Positions 36,931 to 49,073 are shown, counted from the stretch's first letter. The stretch is DNA of 64,000 nucleotides from Pseudomonadota bacterium (GCA_040757575.1 JBFLXA010000012.1:4707-68706), one strand, 5' to 3'. A program made the numbers and translations. The notes: a model not told the origin generated them from the sequence alone.

Positions 36931-37866
36931 TCAGGTTGTTGCATATTCCACTTCATACACCCCGCCGATTACCGCGTATTCATCCTCTCCCGCCAGCCGG
37001 CCCGGCAGCAGGCCATGGAAGAAAGCCACCTTGGCCAGGGGCACTTCCACTTCCAGGATGAAGTCGCCGAACTCCCCGGCCCGCTCCCGGTTGCGGGTGA
37101 AGGAGGACAGGCTGTTGAGCAGTACCACCCGGCGGGGTTTGTCGCGGAGGTTGTCTGCGGGGTGGGCCATCTCGTACAGGGTTTCGTGGTCCCCCATGTG
37201 GTTCACGCCCCGGTAAAGGGTGATATGGGTCTGGCCCAGGCGCTGGCGGCCCAGTTCGTACTGGCAGTAGGTGTAGAGCAGGTCCAGCTGGGCTTCCAGG
37301 GCGTTGGTGCCGTACAGGCCCCGGGAACGTTGTTCCAGGTAGGCCCGGTAGGGCAGGGCGGAGAAATCCCGGATGGGGCCGCCGTGGTGGCGGGGCAGCA
37401 GGCCAAAGCAGGATTCCACCCAGCCCTTGAGCACGGCGCCTTCCTGGCCGTCGCTGTCGAAGGCCCAGCCCCGCAGCAGGCGCAGGTAGTGGGCCTTGGC
37501 CCGGGCATGGCGGGCGTTGTCCCGCCAGCCCGCTTCTTCCGGGCTGTCCAGGCTGAAGGCGGCGGCCATGTGGTTCTGGAACAGGCGGGCGCGTTCAGCG
37601 GGGTCGGCAAGACGATCCAGGGCCATGAACAGGGGCTTGTGGAGTTCCAGCACGCCGTCCAGGGCCAGGGCCACGGGGCGTTTCTGGTAGGCCAGGCTGC
37701 CCAGCAGCACCGCCGGCAGGCTGCACCGGTTGATGGGCAGGCGGGCCTGGCGGGGCAGGCTGGCACGGTCCCGGTCTGCGGTGGTGTGTGTTGTAGGCAG
37801 CGCGACAAAGTTTTGCGTTTTGTCGTGTGCCACTCCCGTATCAGGATCGTTATGTCCTGTTTTCAT
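36931..37866 (-). CDS. draT: NAD+-dinitrogenase reductase ADP-ribosyltransferase DraT
   Basis: DraT blocks EGAVLKGWVES, LEAQLDLLYTYCQYEL, LYRGVN and GEDEYAVIGG. Divergent from nifH. Confidence 0.88.
   Translation of the reverse strand: MKTGHNDPDTGVAHDKTQNFVALPTTHTTADRDRASLPRQARLPINRCSLPAVLLGSLAYQKRPVALALDGVLELHKPLFMALDRLADPAERARLFQNHMAAAFSLDSPEEAGWRDNARHARAKAHYLRLLRGWAFDSDGQEGAVLKGWVESCFGLLPRHHGGPIRDFSALPYRAYLEQRSRGLYGTNALEAQLDLLYTYCQYELGRQRLGQTHITLYRGVNHMGDHETLYEMAHPADNLRDKPRRVVLLNSLSSFTRNRERAGEFGDFILEVEVPLAKVAFFHGLLPGRLAGEDEYAVIGGVYEVEYATT
37792..37807. promoter_or_regulatory. NifA-type UAS (TGT-N10-ACA) upstream of nifH
   Basis: TGTaggcagcgcgACA, about 100 bp upstream of the -24 box and inside the 5' end of draT. 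Confidence 0.6.
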
Positions 37867-37883
37867 GTCTTTATATTCAATGA

Positions 37884-38873
<990 letters not shown>

Positions 38874-38880
38874 TGTTGAA

Positions 38881-38975
38881 GCCCCTCCCCCGCCGGGGGA
38901 GGGGTTGGGGAGAGGGTGGGTTCGCCAACGCGACTTTCCCTCACCCCCGGCCCCTCTCCCGGTGGGAGAGGGGAG
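38881..38975. repeat. REP-like element, family A (two units in opposite orientations)
   Basis: GCCCCTCCCCCGCCGGGGGAGGGG...GGGGAGAGGG and CCCTCACCCCCGGCCCCTCTCCCGGTGGGAGAGGGGAG in the nifH-nifD spacer. Confidence 0.8.
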
Positions 38976-39029
38976 TGACCAACCCAACATGCTGTCCACA
39001 GATTGGTGGCAGCGTGAAAGGAGAAAGAA

Positions 39030-40505
39030 ATGTCTAACCTGACTCGCGAAGAAACCGAAGCCCTCATCGCCGAGGTGCTGGAGGTATATCCCGACAAGGC
39101 CAAGAAGGACCGTGCCAAGCACCTGGCCGTCAACGACCAGAGCATCGAACAATCCAAGAAGTGCATCACCTCCAACCGCAAGTCCCTGCCCGGTGTCATG
39201 ACCATCCGCGGCTGTGCCTATGCCGGTTCCCGGGGTGTGGTGTGGGGTCCCATCAAGGACATGATCCACATTTCCCACGGCCCCGTGGGCTGCGGCCAGT
39301 ATTCCCGCGCCGGGCGCCGTAACTACTACGTCGGCACCACCGGCGTGAACACCTTTGCCGAGATGAACTTCACCTCCGACTTCCAGGAGAAGGACATCGT
39401 CTTCGGTGGCGACAAGAAACTGGCCAAGATCATTGAAGAGATCGAGGGCCTGTTCCCCCTGCACAAGGGCATCTCCGTGCAATCCGAGTGCCCCATCGGC
39501 CTGATCGGTGACGACATCGAAGCCGTGTCCAAGAAGGGCGCTGCCACCATCAACAAACCCGTGGTGCCCGTGCGCTGCGAGGGCTTCCGGGGCGTGTCCC
39601 AGTCCCTGGGCCACCACATCGCCAACGATGCCATCCGTGACTGGGTGCTGGACCGCCGCGACAACGTCGCCTTCGAATCCACCCCCTACGACGTGACCAT
39701 CATCGGTGACTACAACATCGGCGGCGACGCCTGGTCCTCCCGCATCCTGCTGGAAGAAATGGGTCTTCGGGTCATCGCCCAGTGGTCCGGCGACGGCACC
39801 CTGGCCGAAATGGAAAACACCCCCAAGGCCAAGCTGAACCTGCTGCACTGCTACCGTTCCATGAACTACATCAGCCGGCACATGGAAGAGAAGTACGGTA
39901 TTCCCTGGATGGAATACAACTTCTTTGGCCCCACCAAGATCGAGGAATCCCTGCGCAGGATCGCCGCCTTCTTTGATGACAGCATCAAGCAGAAGTGCGA
40001 GGAAGTGATCGCCAAGTACCGCCCCATGGTGGATGCCGTGATCGAGAAGTACAAGCCCCGCCTCACCGGCAAGCGGGTCATGCTGTACGTGGGCGGCCTG
40101 CGTCCCCGGCACGTGATCGGTTCCTACGAGGACCTGGGCATGGAAGTGGTGGGCACCGGCTACGAGTTCGCCCACGGCGACGACTACGACCGCACCATCA
40201 AGGAAATGGGTAACGCCACCCTGCTGTACGACGACGTCACCGGCTTCGAATTCGAGGAATTCGTGAAGAAGGTGAAGCCTGACCTGGTGGGCTCCGGCAT
40301 CAAGGAAAAGTACATCTTCCAGAAGATGGGCATCCCCTTCCGCCAGATGCACAGCTGGGACTACTCCGGCCCCTACCACGGCTACGACGGCTTCGCCATC
40401 TTCGCCCGGGACATGGACATGACCCTGAACAACCCCTGCTGGGGCAAGCTGGTGCCGCCCTGGAAGAAGGTTGAAGAAGCCCAGGAACTGGCCAAGGCAG
40501 CCTGA
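39030..40505 (+). CDS. nifD: nitrogenase MoFe protein alpha chain NifD
   Basis: Typical NifD sequence ([62 protein letters not shown]). Confidence 0.98.
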   Translation: MSNLTREETEALIAEVLEVYPDKAKKDRAKHLAVNDQSIEQSKKCITSNRKSLPGVMTIRGCAYAGSRGVVWGPIKDMIHISHGPVGCGQYSRAGRRNYYVGTTGVNTFAEMNFTSDFQEKDIVFGGDKKLAKIIEEIEGLFPLHKGISVQSECPIGLIGDDIEAVSKKGAATINKPVVPVRCEGFRGVSQSLGHHIANDAIRDWVLDRRDNVAFESTPYDVTIIGDYNIGGDAWSSRILLEEMGLRVIAQWSGDGTLAEMENTPKAKLNLLHCYRSMNYISRHMEEKYGIPWMEYNFFGPTKIEESLRRIAAFFDDSIKQKCEEVIAKYRPMVDAVIEKYKPRLTGKRVMLYVGGLRPRHVIGSYEDLGMEVVGTGYEFAHGDDYDRTIKEMGNATLLYDDVTGFEFEEFVKKVKPDLVGSGIKEKYIFQKMGIPFRQMHSWDYSGPYHGYDGFAIFARDMDMTLNNPCWGKLVPPWKKVEEAQELAKAA

Positions 40506-40510
40506 TGCAA

Positions 40511-40540
40511 GCCCCTCCCCCGCAAGCGGGGGAGGGGAGT
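40511..40540. repeat. REP-like element, family A (single hairpin)
   Basis: GCCCCTCCCCCGCAAGCGGGGGAGGGGAG in the nifD-nifK spacer. Confidence 0.8.
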
Positions 40541-40599
40541 GAAACCGATCAACCTTTTGCCGGTATCCACAGATGGGTGGTGCCGGTAAGGAGATGAAC

Positions 40600-42168
40600 A
40601 TGCAAGTCGTTGAAAAAATCGTCCCTTCGTATCCCTTGTTCCGTCAGCCCGAATACAAGGAATCCCTGAAGAACAAACAGGAAATGTTTGAAGAGAAGGT
40701 GCCCGACGCGAAGATCAGCGAGGTCTTCCAGTGGACCACCACCCTGGAGTACCAGGATCTGAACTTCAAGCGCGAGGCCCTCACCGTCAACCCCGCCAAG
40801 GCCTGCCAGCCCCTGGGTGCCGTGCTCTGCGCCCTGGGCTTCGAGAAGACCCTGCCCTACGTGCACGGCTCCCAAGGTTGCGTGGCCTACTTCCGCACCT
40901 ACTTCAACCGTCACTTCAAGGAGCCCATCTCCTGCGTGTCCGATTCCATGACGGAAGATGCGGCGGTGTTCGGTGGCCAGAAGAACATGTTCGACGGTCT
41001 GGAAAACGCCAAGGCCCTGTACAAGCCCGACATGATCGCCGTGTCCACCACCTGCATGGCGGAAGTCATCGGTGACGACCTGAACGCCTTCATCAACAAC
41101 GCCAAGAAGGCCGGCCACATCGAGCAGGAATTCCCCACCCCCTACGCCCACACCCCCTCCTTCGTGGGCAGCCATGTCACCGGCTGGGACAACATGTTCG
41201 AAGGCATCATCCGCTACTTCACGCTGAACCACATGGAAGGCAAGGAAGTGGGCAGCAATGGCAAGATCAACATCGTGCCGGGCTTCGAGACCTACCTGGG
41301 CAACTACAAGGTCATCAAGCGCATGCTCACCGAGATGGGCGTACCCTTCACCTTCTTGGCGGACCCCACGGAAGTGCTGGATACCCCCGCTGACGGCCAG
41401 TTCCGCATGTATGCCGGCGGCACCACCCAGGCTGAAGTGAAGGATGCCCCCAACGCCAAGACCACCTTCCTGCTGCAACCCATGCAACTGGAAAAGACCA
41501 AGAAGTTCGCCGAGACCACCTGGCAGCATGAAGTGCCCAAGCTCAACATCCCCATGGGCCTGGAGTGGACCGACGAGTGGCTGATGAAGGTGTCCGAGGT
41601 GTCCGGCATGCCCATCCCCGAATCCCTGGCCAAGGAGCGGGGCCGTCTGGTGGACATGATGACCGACAGCCACACCTGGCTGCACGGCAAGAAGTTCGCC
41701 CTCTACGGCGACCCGGACTTCGTCATGGGCATGACCAAGTTCCTGCTGGAACTGGGTGCCGAGCCCATCCACATCGTCTGCCACAACGGCAGCAAGAAGT
41801 GGGACAAGGCCATGAAGAAGCTCCTGGCGGATTCTCCCTACGGCGTGAACTGCAAGACCTACCCCGGCGCCGACCTGTGGCACCTGCGCAGCCTGCTGTT
41901 CACCGACAAGCCGGACTTCCTCATCGGCAACAGTTACGGCAAGTACCTGCAGCGGGACACGGTGCACAAGGGCCCCGAGTTCGAAGTGCCCCTGATCCGC
42001 CTGGGCTTCCCCATCTTCGACCGCCACCACCTGCACCGCCAGACCACCCTGGGTTATGAGGGCGCCATGCAGATGCTCACCACCCTGGTGAACGAAGTGC
42101 TGGCGCGCCTGGATGACGACACCCGGGGCATGGGTACCACGGACTACAACTACGACCTGGTCCGCTAA
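40600..42168 (+). CDS. nifK: nitrogenase MoFe protein beta chain NifK
   Basis: FQWTTTLEYQDLNFKREALTVNPAKACQPLGAV and GSQGCVAYFR. AAGGAG lies 6 nt before the ATG at 40600 (codon 10 of the track ORF). Confidence 0.97.
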   Translation: MQVVEKIVPSYPLFRQPEYKESLKNKQEMFEEKVPDAKISEVFQWTTTLEYQDLNFKREALTVNPAKACQPLGAVLCALGFEKTLPYVHGSQGCVAYFRTYFNRHFKEPISCVSDSMTEDAAVFGGQKNMFDGLENAKALYKPDMIAVSTTCMAEVIGDDLNAFINNAKKAGHIEQEFPTPYAHTPSFVGSHVTGWDNMFEGIIRYFTLNHMEGKEVGSNGKINIVPGFETYLGNYKVIKRMLTEMGVPFTFLADPTEVLDTPADGQFRMYAGGTTQAEVKDAPNAKTTFLLQPMQLEKTKKFAETTWQHEVPKLNIPMGLEWTDEWLMKVSEVSGMPIPESLAKERGRLVDMMTDSHTWLHGKKFALYGDPDFVMGMTKFLLELGAEPIHIVCHNGSKKWDKAMKKLLADSPYGVNCKTYPGADLWHLRSLLFTDKPDFLIGNSYGKYLQRDTVHKGPEFEVPLIRLGFPIFDRHHLHRQTTLGYEGAMQMLTTLVNEVLARLDDDTRGMGTTDYNYDLVR

Positions 42169-42171
42169 GGC

Positions 42172-42253
42172 GGGAATGGGGGATGGGGAAAGGGAAATGG
42201 GGAAAACCCCAATTCCTACCCCCCCCATCACCCATCCCCCATCCCCCATCACC
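42172..42253. repeat. family B hairpin built from 7-nt units
   Basis: G-arm GGGAATGGGGGATGGGGAAAGGGAAATGGGG faces C-arm CCCCCCCATCACCCATCCCCCATCCCCCATCACC. The nifT RBS GGAG follows directly. Confidence 0.8.
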
Positions 42254-42263
42254 GGAGTTAAAA

Positions 42264-42488
42264 ATGGCCAACATCATGATCCGGCAAGGCGACAAGGGCG
42301 AATACGTGTTCTACCTGCCCAAGCGCGATCTCGAGGACACCATCACCTCGATGGAGTTCGACACCCCTGAAAAGTGGGGTGGCGAGATCAAGCTCAACAA
42401 CGGCGGCGCGTATTTCATCGAACCCCAGTCCAAGCCCGAACGGCTGCCCTATTCCGTGCGCGCCAAGCGCCTGGATGCGGCGGAATGA
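42264..42488 (+). CDS. nifT: NifT/FixU
   Basis: MANIMIRQGDKGEYVFYLPKRDLEDTITSMEFDTPEKWGGE matches the NifT pattern. Position is after nifK. Confidence 0.9.
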   Translation: MANIMIRQGDKGEYVFYLPKRDLEDTITSMEFDTPEKWGGEIKLNNGGAYFIEPQSKPERLPYSVRAKRLDAAE

Positions 42489-42495
42489 TTGTTAT

Positions 42496-42576
42496 GGGGA
42501 AACGGGAAATGGGAAAAGTGAAACGCAAGAGCAAATGCGCTCCCCACGTTTCCCGTTTCTCGTTTCTCGTTTCCCG
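42496..42576. repeat. family B hairpin built from 7-nt units (GGGAAAC type)
   Basis: GGGGAAACGGGAAATGGGAAAAGTGAAACG ... CGTTTCCCGTTTCTCGTTTCTCGTTTCCCG. Confidence 0.8.
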
Positions 42577-42595
42577 AATCTGAAAGGAATTCATC

Positions 42596-42796
42596 ATGGC
42601 ACTGAAGATTGTTGCCGACCTGTGTACTGCCTGTGGGGATTGCGAACCGGAATGCCCCACCGAGTCCATCAAGGCCAAGAAGGGTGTTTATGTCATCGAC
42701 GCGGAGACCTGCACGGAATGCGAAGGGGATTTCAAGAAGCCCCAGTGCGTGAAGATCTGTCCCGTGGACGACTGCATCATCCCCCTGGCCGCTTGA
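42596..42796 (+). CDS. small 2x[4Fe-4S]-type ferredoxin
   Basis: [12 protein letters not shown] and CTECEGD...CVKICP cluster motifs; 66 aa; nif operon context. Confidence 0.85.
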   Translation: MALKIVADLCTACGDCEPECPTESIKAKKGVYVIDAETCTECEGDFKKPQCVKICPVDDCIIPLAA

Positions 42797-42798
42797 AG

Positions 42799-42879
42799 GT
42801 GGGAATGAGTGATGGGGGGTGGGGGATGAGAATCCCCTGACGCATTGATCCCATTTCCCATTACTCATTCCCCATCACC
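42799..42879. repeat. family B hairpin built from 7-nt units
   Basis: GGTGGGAATGAGTGATGGGGGGTGGGGGATGAGAATCCCC ... GATCCCATTTCCCATTACTCATTCCCCATCACC. The nifY RBS GGAG follows directly. Confidence 0.8.
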
Positions 42880-42890
42880 GGAGTCATGAA

Positions 42891-43592
42891 ATGACGACAA
42901 TCACCAAAGGCGCTGCCCTGCGCATGGCCCTGGCGGCGAAAACGCTGGAAGGGGTGGATGCCCGGGCCTTTACCATCAAGCTGGCCGAGCACCTGGGTTT
43001 GCCGATCACCGAAGAGAAACTGGCCGCCTTCACCGTGGCGGACCTGAAGGCCCTGCTCACCGGCGAGGAAAGCATCGAGCCGGACGTGGACATGGCCAGC
43101 ATCAAGCTGGCGGTGCGCTACCTGTGGGGCGAAAACGGTGACGATGCCTCCATTCCCAAACCCGAGGCTTACACGGAAGGCGATATCCCCGACAGCCTGC
43201 GAGTGGCCGTAGCCTCCAACACGGCCGACAACCTGGACGGGCATTTCGGCTCCGCCCCCCGTTTCCTGGTCTACCAGGTAGGCAAGAGCGCCATCCGGCT
43301 GGTGGACGTGCGCCCCACCCTCATCGCCGACGAGGCCGAAGACAAGAACGTAGCCCGTTCCGAACTGATCAACGATTGCCAGATGGTCTATGTCCAGTCC
43401 ATCGGTGGTCCGGCGGCCGCCAAGGTGGTGCGCGCCGGCCTGCATCCGGTGAAGGTGCCTACCCCGGCCCCGGCCGTGGAAGTGCTGGCCCGCCTGCAAG
43501 CCGTGCTGGACGCCCCCCCGCCCTGGCTGGCCAAGATCATGGGCGTGGAAGCCCGGAGCCTGGCCCGGTTTGCCGAGGAGGAAGAAACATGA
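42891..43592 (+). CDS. nifY: NifY/NafY-family FeMo-cofactor binding protein (NifX-like C-terminal domain)
   Basis: C-terminal dinitrogenase FeMo-co biosynthesis domain (RVAVASNTADNLDGHFGSAPRFLVYQV, VYVQSIGGPAAAKV). nifHDKT-Y gene order. Confidence 0.75.
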   Translation: MTTITKGAALRMALAAKTLEGVDARAFTIKLAEHLGLPITEEKLAAFTVADLKALLTGEESIEPDVDMASIKLAVRYLWGENGDDASIPKPEAYTEGDIPDSLRVAVASNTADNLDGHFGSAPRFLVYQVGKSAIRLVDVRPTLIADEAEDKNVARSELINDCQMVYVQSIGGPAAAKVVRAGLHPVKVPTPAPAVEVLARLQAVLDAPPPWLAKIMGVEARSLARFAEEEET

Positions 43593-43861
43593 TCACCCCG
43601 GAAACCCTGGCCCTGGTGACTGCCAGGGCCGGCGAAGTGGGTCTGACCGAAAACGGCCTGGCCCATCTGCGCCAGGCCTGGCCGGACATCCATTTCACCT
43701 TCTGTTCTGAAGACGATGTGCCGGCCCGATTGAGCCCGGCCGCCACGGCTGAAGGATTCGCCGTTTATCTCGTCAGCGGCGCCCAGCATTGCGTGGGCTT
43801 CACCAACCATCTGGAAGCGGCCACCGGCCTGGTGCTGGCGGCGATCTCTGACGAAGACTGA
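43589..43861 (+). CDS. nif-cluster hypothetical protein (90 aa)
   Basis: The start overlaps the nifY stop (ATGA). The true ATG lies internal to track ORF 43376..43861. Family not recognised. Confidence 0.55.
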   Translation: MITPETLALVTARAGEVGLTENGLAHLRQAWPDIHFTFCSEDDVPARLSPAATAEGFAVYLVSGAQHCVGFTNHLEAATGLVLAAISDED

Positions 43862-43878
43862 CCCCGGAGTGAATTGAT

Positions 43879-45533
<1,655 letters not shown>

Positions 45534-45540
45534 GTGATCC

Positions 45541-46224
45541 ATGGACCTGGGATTTACCGACGCTGACTGGGGCGCCATCTGGCTGACCCTGAAACTGGCC
45601 ACCGTCACCACGGGCCTGCTGCTGCTCATCGGCACCCCCATCGCCTGGCGCCTGGCCCGTACCCGGGCCTGGTGGAAGGGGCCGGTAGCGGCGGTGGTGG
45701 CCCTGCCCCTGGTGTTGCCGCCCACGGTGCTGGGGTTCTACCTGCTGGTGGCCCTGGGGCCCAACGGGCCGGTGGGAAGCCTTACCCAGTCCCTGGGCCT
45801 GGGGGTGCTGCCCTTCACCTTCTGGGGCCTGGTGGTGGCCTCGGTGTTCTACTCCATGCCCTTCGTGGTGCAGCCCCTGCAGAACGCCTTCGAGGCCATC
45901 GGTGATCGCCCCCTGGAAGTGGCCGCCACCCTGCGGGCGGGCCTCTGGGATACCTTCTTCACGGTGATCCTGCCCCTGGCCCGGCCGGGCTTTCTCACCG
46001 CCGCCATCCTGGGCTTTGCCCATACCGTGGGGGAATTCGGCGTGGTGCTCATGATCGGCGGCAACATCCCGGACGAGACCCGGGTGGTGTCGGTGCAGAT
46101 CTACGACCACGTGGAGGCCATGGACTACGCCGCCGCCCACGGCCTGGCCCTGGGCATGGTGGTGTTCTCCTTCCTGGTGTTGTGGGCCCTGTACCACTTC
46201 AACCCCACACGGCCACGCAAATGA
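45541..46224 (+). CDS. modB: molybdate ABC transporter permease ModB
   Basis: Five to six TM segments and the EAA-like loop [26 protein letters not shown]. Confidence 0.9.
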   Translation: MDLGFTDADWGAIWLTLKLATVTTGLLLLIGTPIAWRLARTRAWWKGPVAAVVALPLVLPPTVLGFYLLVALGPNGPVGSLTQSLGLGVLPFTFWGLVVASVFYSMPFVVQPLQNAFEAIGDRPLEVAATLRAGLWDTFFTVILPLARPGFLTAAILGFAHTVGEFGVVLMIGGNIPDETRVVSVQIYDHVEAMDYAAAHGLALGMVVFSFLVLWALYHFNPTRPRK

Positions 46225-47312
46225 CCGGGCCCGCCATGAACAACAGCATCCACGCCCGATTCAAGCTCCCTTTTCCCGGCTTCACCCTGGATGTGGACCT
46301 GGACCTGCCCGGCCGGGGGGTGACCGCCCTGTTCGGCCATTCCGGTTCCGGCAAGACCACCCTGCTGCGCTGTATTGCCGGTCTGGAGCGGGTGCCGGGC
46401 GGCACCCTCAAGGTGGGTGACGGGGTCTGGCAGGACGGCACGGCCTTCCTGCCGGTTCATCAGCGGCCCATCGGCTATGTGTTCCAGGAAGCCAGCCTCT
46501 TTCCCCACCTCACGGTGCGTCGCAACCTGGAATACGGGCTCAAGCGGGTGCCCTCCGGCGAGCGCCGGGTCTCCCTGGACCAGGCGGTGGCCTTGCTGGG
46601 CATCGGCGCCTTGCTGGATCGCCTGCCGGAACGCCTGTCCGGGGGTGAGAAGCAGCGGGTGGCCATTGCCCGGGCCCTGGCGGTGAGCCCCCGCCTCCTG
46701 CTCATGGACGAACCCCTGGCGGCCCTGGACCTGGCCCGCAAGCAGGAGATCCTGCCCTACCTGGAACGGCTCCACGACGAACTGGAAATCCCCCTGCTGT
46801 ATGTCAGCCATGCCCCGGATGAGGTGGCCCGCATTGCCGACCACATCGTCGTCATGGACGCCGGCCGGGCGGTGGCCTCCGGCCCCCTGACTGAAACCCT
46901 GGCCCGTCTGGACCTGCCCATCCGCCTCGGGGAAGATGCCGGGGTGGTGCTGGATGCCACCGTGGCGGAGCGGGATGCGGAATGGGGCCTGGTGCGGGTG
47001 GCCTTTGACGGCGGCGCCCTGTGGGCCCGGGATGGGGGCCATGCCCTGGGCCAGCGGGTGCGGGTGCGCATCCTGGCCCGGGACGTGAGCCTGGCCTCAA
47101 CCCGTCATGACGGCACCAGCATTCTCAACATCCTGCCGGGGGTGGTGGAAGCCATGGTGGAGGACGGCCACCCGGCCCTGGTGCTGGCGCGCCTGAACGT
47201 GGGGGGGGCGCCGATCCTGGCCCGCCTCACCCGCCGTTCCGCCCAGAACCTGGGGCTCTCGCCGGGCCGGCTGGTGTATGCACAGATTAAGGCCGTGGCA
47301 CTGGTGGGGTGA
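46221..47312 (+). CDS. modC: molybdate ABC transporter ATPase ModC with C-terminal Mop/TOBE domain
   Basis: Walker [10 protein letters not shown], signature [10 protein letters not shown]-terminal TOBE domain. ATGA overlap with modB. Confidence 0.9.
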   Translation: MTGPAMNNSIHARFKLPFPGFTLDVDLDLPGRGVTALFGHSGSGKTTLLRCIAGLERVPGGTLKVGDGVWQDGTAFLPVHQRPIGYVFQEASLFPHLTVRRNLEYGLKRVPSGERRVSLDQAVALLGIGALLDRLPERLSGGEKQRVAIARALAVSPRLLLMDEPLAALDLARKQEILPYLERLHDELEIPLLYVSHAPDEVARIADHIVVMDAGRAVASGPLTETLARLDLPIRLGEDAGVVLDATVAERDAEWGLVRVAFDGGALWARDGGHALGQRVRVRILARDVSLASTRHDGTSILNILPGVVEAMVEDGHPALVLARLNVGGAPILARLTRRSAQNLGLSPGRLVYAQIKAVALVG

Positions 47313-47318
47313 GGGCCG

Positions 47319-47409
47319 GGATGGGGAATGGGAAACGGGGAATGGGGAATGGGGAATGGGGAATGGGGAATGGGGAATGGGGGATGGGGGATGGGGGATG
47401 GGGAATGGG
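47319..47409 (+). repeat. tandem array of ~13 seven-nt units (GGGGAAT/GGGGGAT), single-armed family B
   Basis: Read directly: GGGATGG GGAATGG GAAACGG (GGAATGG)x5 (GGGATGG)x3 GGAATGG. Lies between the modC stop and the GNAT start. Confidence 0.9.
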
Positions 47410-47859
47410 ATAAGTATTGAGTTTGCCCGGGGGGCGGACCTGGAGGCCATGGCAGGCCTGCTGGCCGAACTGTTCACCCTGGAAAGCGATTTCCTGCCCG
47501 ACCGCGAAAAACAGCGGTCAGGCCTGAAGCTCATCCTGGACAACCCGGCCCTGGGGCGGTTGTTCGTGGTCAGGGCGGGGGAGCGGGTGGTGGGCATGGC
47601 CAACGCCCTGATCACGGTCAGCACCGCCGAGGGGGCGCGGGTGTTATTGCTGGAGGACGTGGTCCTGCATCGGGACCATCGCGGCGGCGGCCTGGGACGC
47701 CGGCTGGTGGAACACGTGCTGGCCTGGGCAGCAGCGGAGGGCATGGGACGTGTGACCCTGCTGGCGGACAAGGACAATGCCCCGGCCCTGGGCTTCTACC
47801 GGAAACTGGGCTTTGCAAATTCCAATATGACGGTCCTGCGGCGGCAACTGCCGGGCTAG
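47398..47859 (+). CDS. GNAT-family N-acetyltransferase
   Basis: Acetyl-CoA motif HRDHRGGGLGRRLVEHVLAWA and GFYRKLGF. The start is uncertain because several in-frame ATGs lie inside the heptamer array. The stop overlaps the convergent gene's stop (CTAG). Confidence 0.7.
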   Translation: MGNGISIEFARGADLEAMAGLLAELFTLESDFLPDREKQRSGLKLILDNPALGRLFVVRAGERVVGMANALITVSTAEGARVLLLEDVVLHRDHRGGGLGRRLVEHVLAWAAAEGMGRVTLLADKDNAPALGFYRKLGFANSNMTVLRRQLPG

Positions 47860-49073
47860 CCCGGGCCGGCCGGGTGCCAGCCCACCAGGGCCAGCATGAT
47901 GAAGAAGCCCACCCCATAGCCCAGGGGCACATGCCAGCCGTTCCTCAGCCAGCCCCCCACGGATCTGGCCTCGGGGAACAGATTGGACAAGGCGACCCCG
48001 GCGGAAGAGCCGAACCAGATCATGGAACCGCCAAAACCCACGGCAAAGGCCAGCACACCCCAGTCGTAGCCCCCCTGGGCCAGGGCCAGGGCGGTGAGGG
48101 GGATGTTGTCGAACACGGCGGAGACGAAGCCCAGGCCGAAGGCCGTCTCCCAGGAAGCGGCCGGCAGCTTTTCCACCGGCATCATGGAAGCGCACATCAC
48201 CAGGGAAAGCAGGAAGATACTGCCCTTGGCCGCATCCGGCAGCAGGCTCCACTCCGGTTTGCGCAGCAGCGCACCTACCAGAATGGCCACCCACACGGCG
48301 GCGCCCAGGAAGGGGAAGCTGTCCGCGTACTGGGGGAACAGGGAGTTGACCGTGACGTTGGTGGCTACGGCGGCTACAAGGATCCAGGCGACGATGGCCA
48401 ACCGGGCCCAGTCCACATGGGCGTGGCTGGAGGCATCCTTCTGGATGGGCTGGTAGGCCTGCTGCTGTCGGGCGGCGATGAGACCAAAGACCAGCAGCGC
48501 GGGCACGGCGGCGGTGTAGGCGGAGATCACCTCCATGGGCGGAATGCCGTCGATCCACATCATGGTGGTGGTGGTGTCCCCCACCACGGAGCCGGCGCCG
48601 CCGGCATTGGATGCGGCGACGATGGCCGCCAGGTAGCCGATGTGCACCCGGCGGCGGAACACACCGGCGGCCACGGTGCCGCCGATGAGGGCGGCGGCGA
48701 TGTTGTCCAGGAAGGCGGACATGACGAACACCAGCACCAGCAGCACGAAGGCGCCTTTCCAGTCGTCCGGCAGATAGCGGGGCAGGACATGGGGCAGGTG
48801 GCTGTCCTCGAAATGCCGGGCCAGCAGGGCAAAGCCCAGCAACAGGCCCAGCAGGTTGGTGAGCACCACCCATTCGTGTTCCAGATGTACGATCCAGCCC
48901 GTGAACCCGGGGCCTTCCTGGAAACCGGTGAAGCCGATCTTGTACAGGGAGATCACCGCCAGGCCGGTAAGGGCTACTTGCAGGGTGCGGTGGTGGAACA
49001 GTGCTACCCCAAGCAGGGTGGCGGCGAACAGGATGAAGTCGACGGGGATGCCGAACAGGCTGGGTGAAACCAT
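47856..49073 (-). CDS. ArsB/NhaD-superfamily ion transporter (NhaD/citrate-transporter-like)
   Basis: About 11-12 TM helices, FLDNIAAALIGG and FDNIPLTALAL motifs. Confidence 0.7.
   Translation of the reverse strand: MVSPSLFGIPVDFILFAATLLGVALFHHRTLQVALTGLAVISLYKIGFTGFQEGPGFTGWIVHLEHEWVVLTNLLGLLLGFALLARHFEDSHLPHVLPRYLPDDWKGAFVLLVLVFVMSAFLDNIAAALIGGTVAAGVFRRRVHIGYLAAIVAASNAGGAGSVVGDTTTTMMWIDGIPPMEVISAYTAAVPALLVFGLIAARQQQAYQPIQKDASSHAHVDWARLAIVAWILVAAVATNVTVNSLFPQYADSFPFLGAAVWVAILVGALLRKPEWSLLPDAAKGSIFLLSLVMCASMMPVEKLPAASWETAFGLGFVSAVFDNIPLTALALAQGGYDWGVLAFAVGFGGSMIWFGSSAGVALSNLFPEARSVGGWLRNGWHVPLGYGVGFFIMLALVGWHPAGPG

Noticed and set aside
47278-47397. N-terminal 40 codons of the GNAT track ORF (GEWGMGNGEWGMG...)
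   Set aside because: This segment is simply the heptamer array read in frame, and it overlaps the end of modC. GNAT homology begins only after the array, so a downstream start was preferred.
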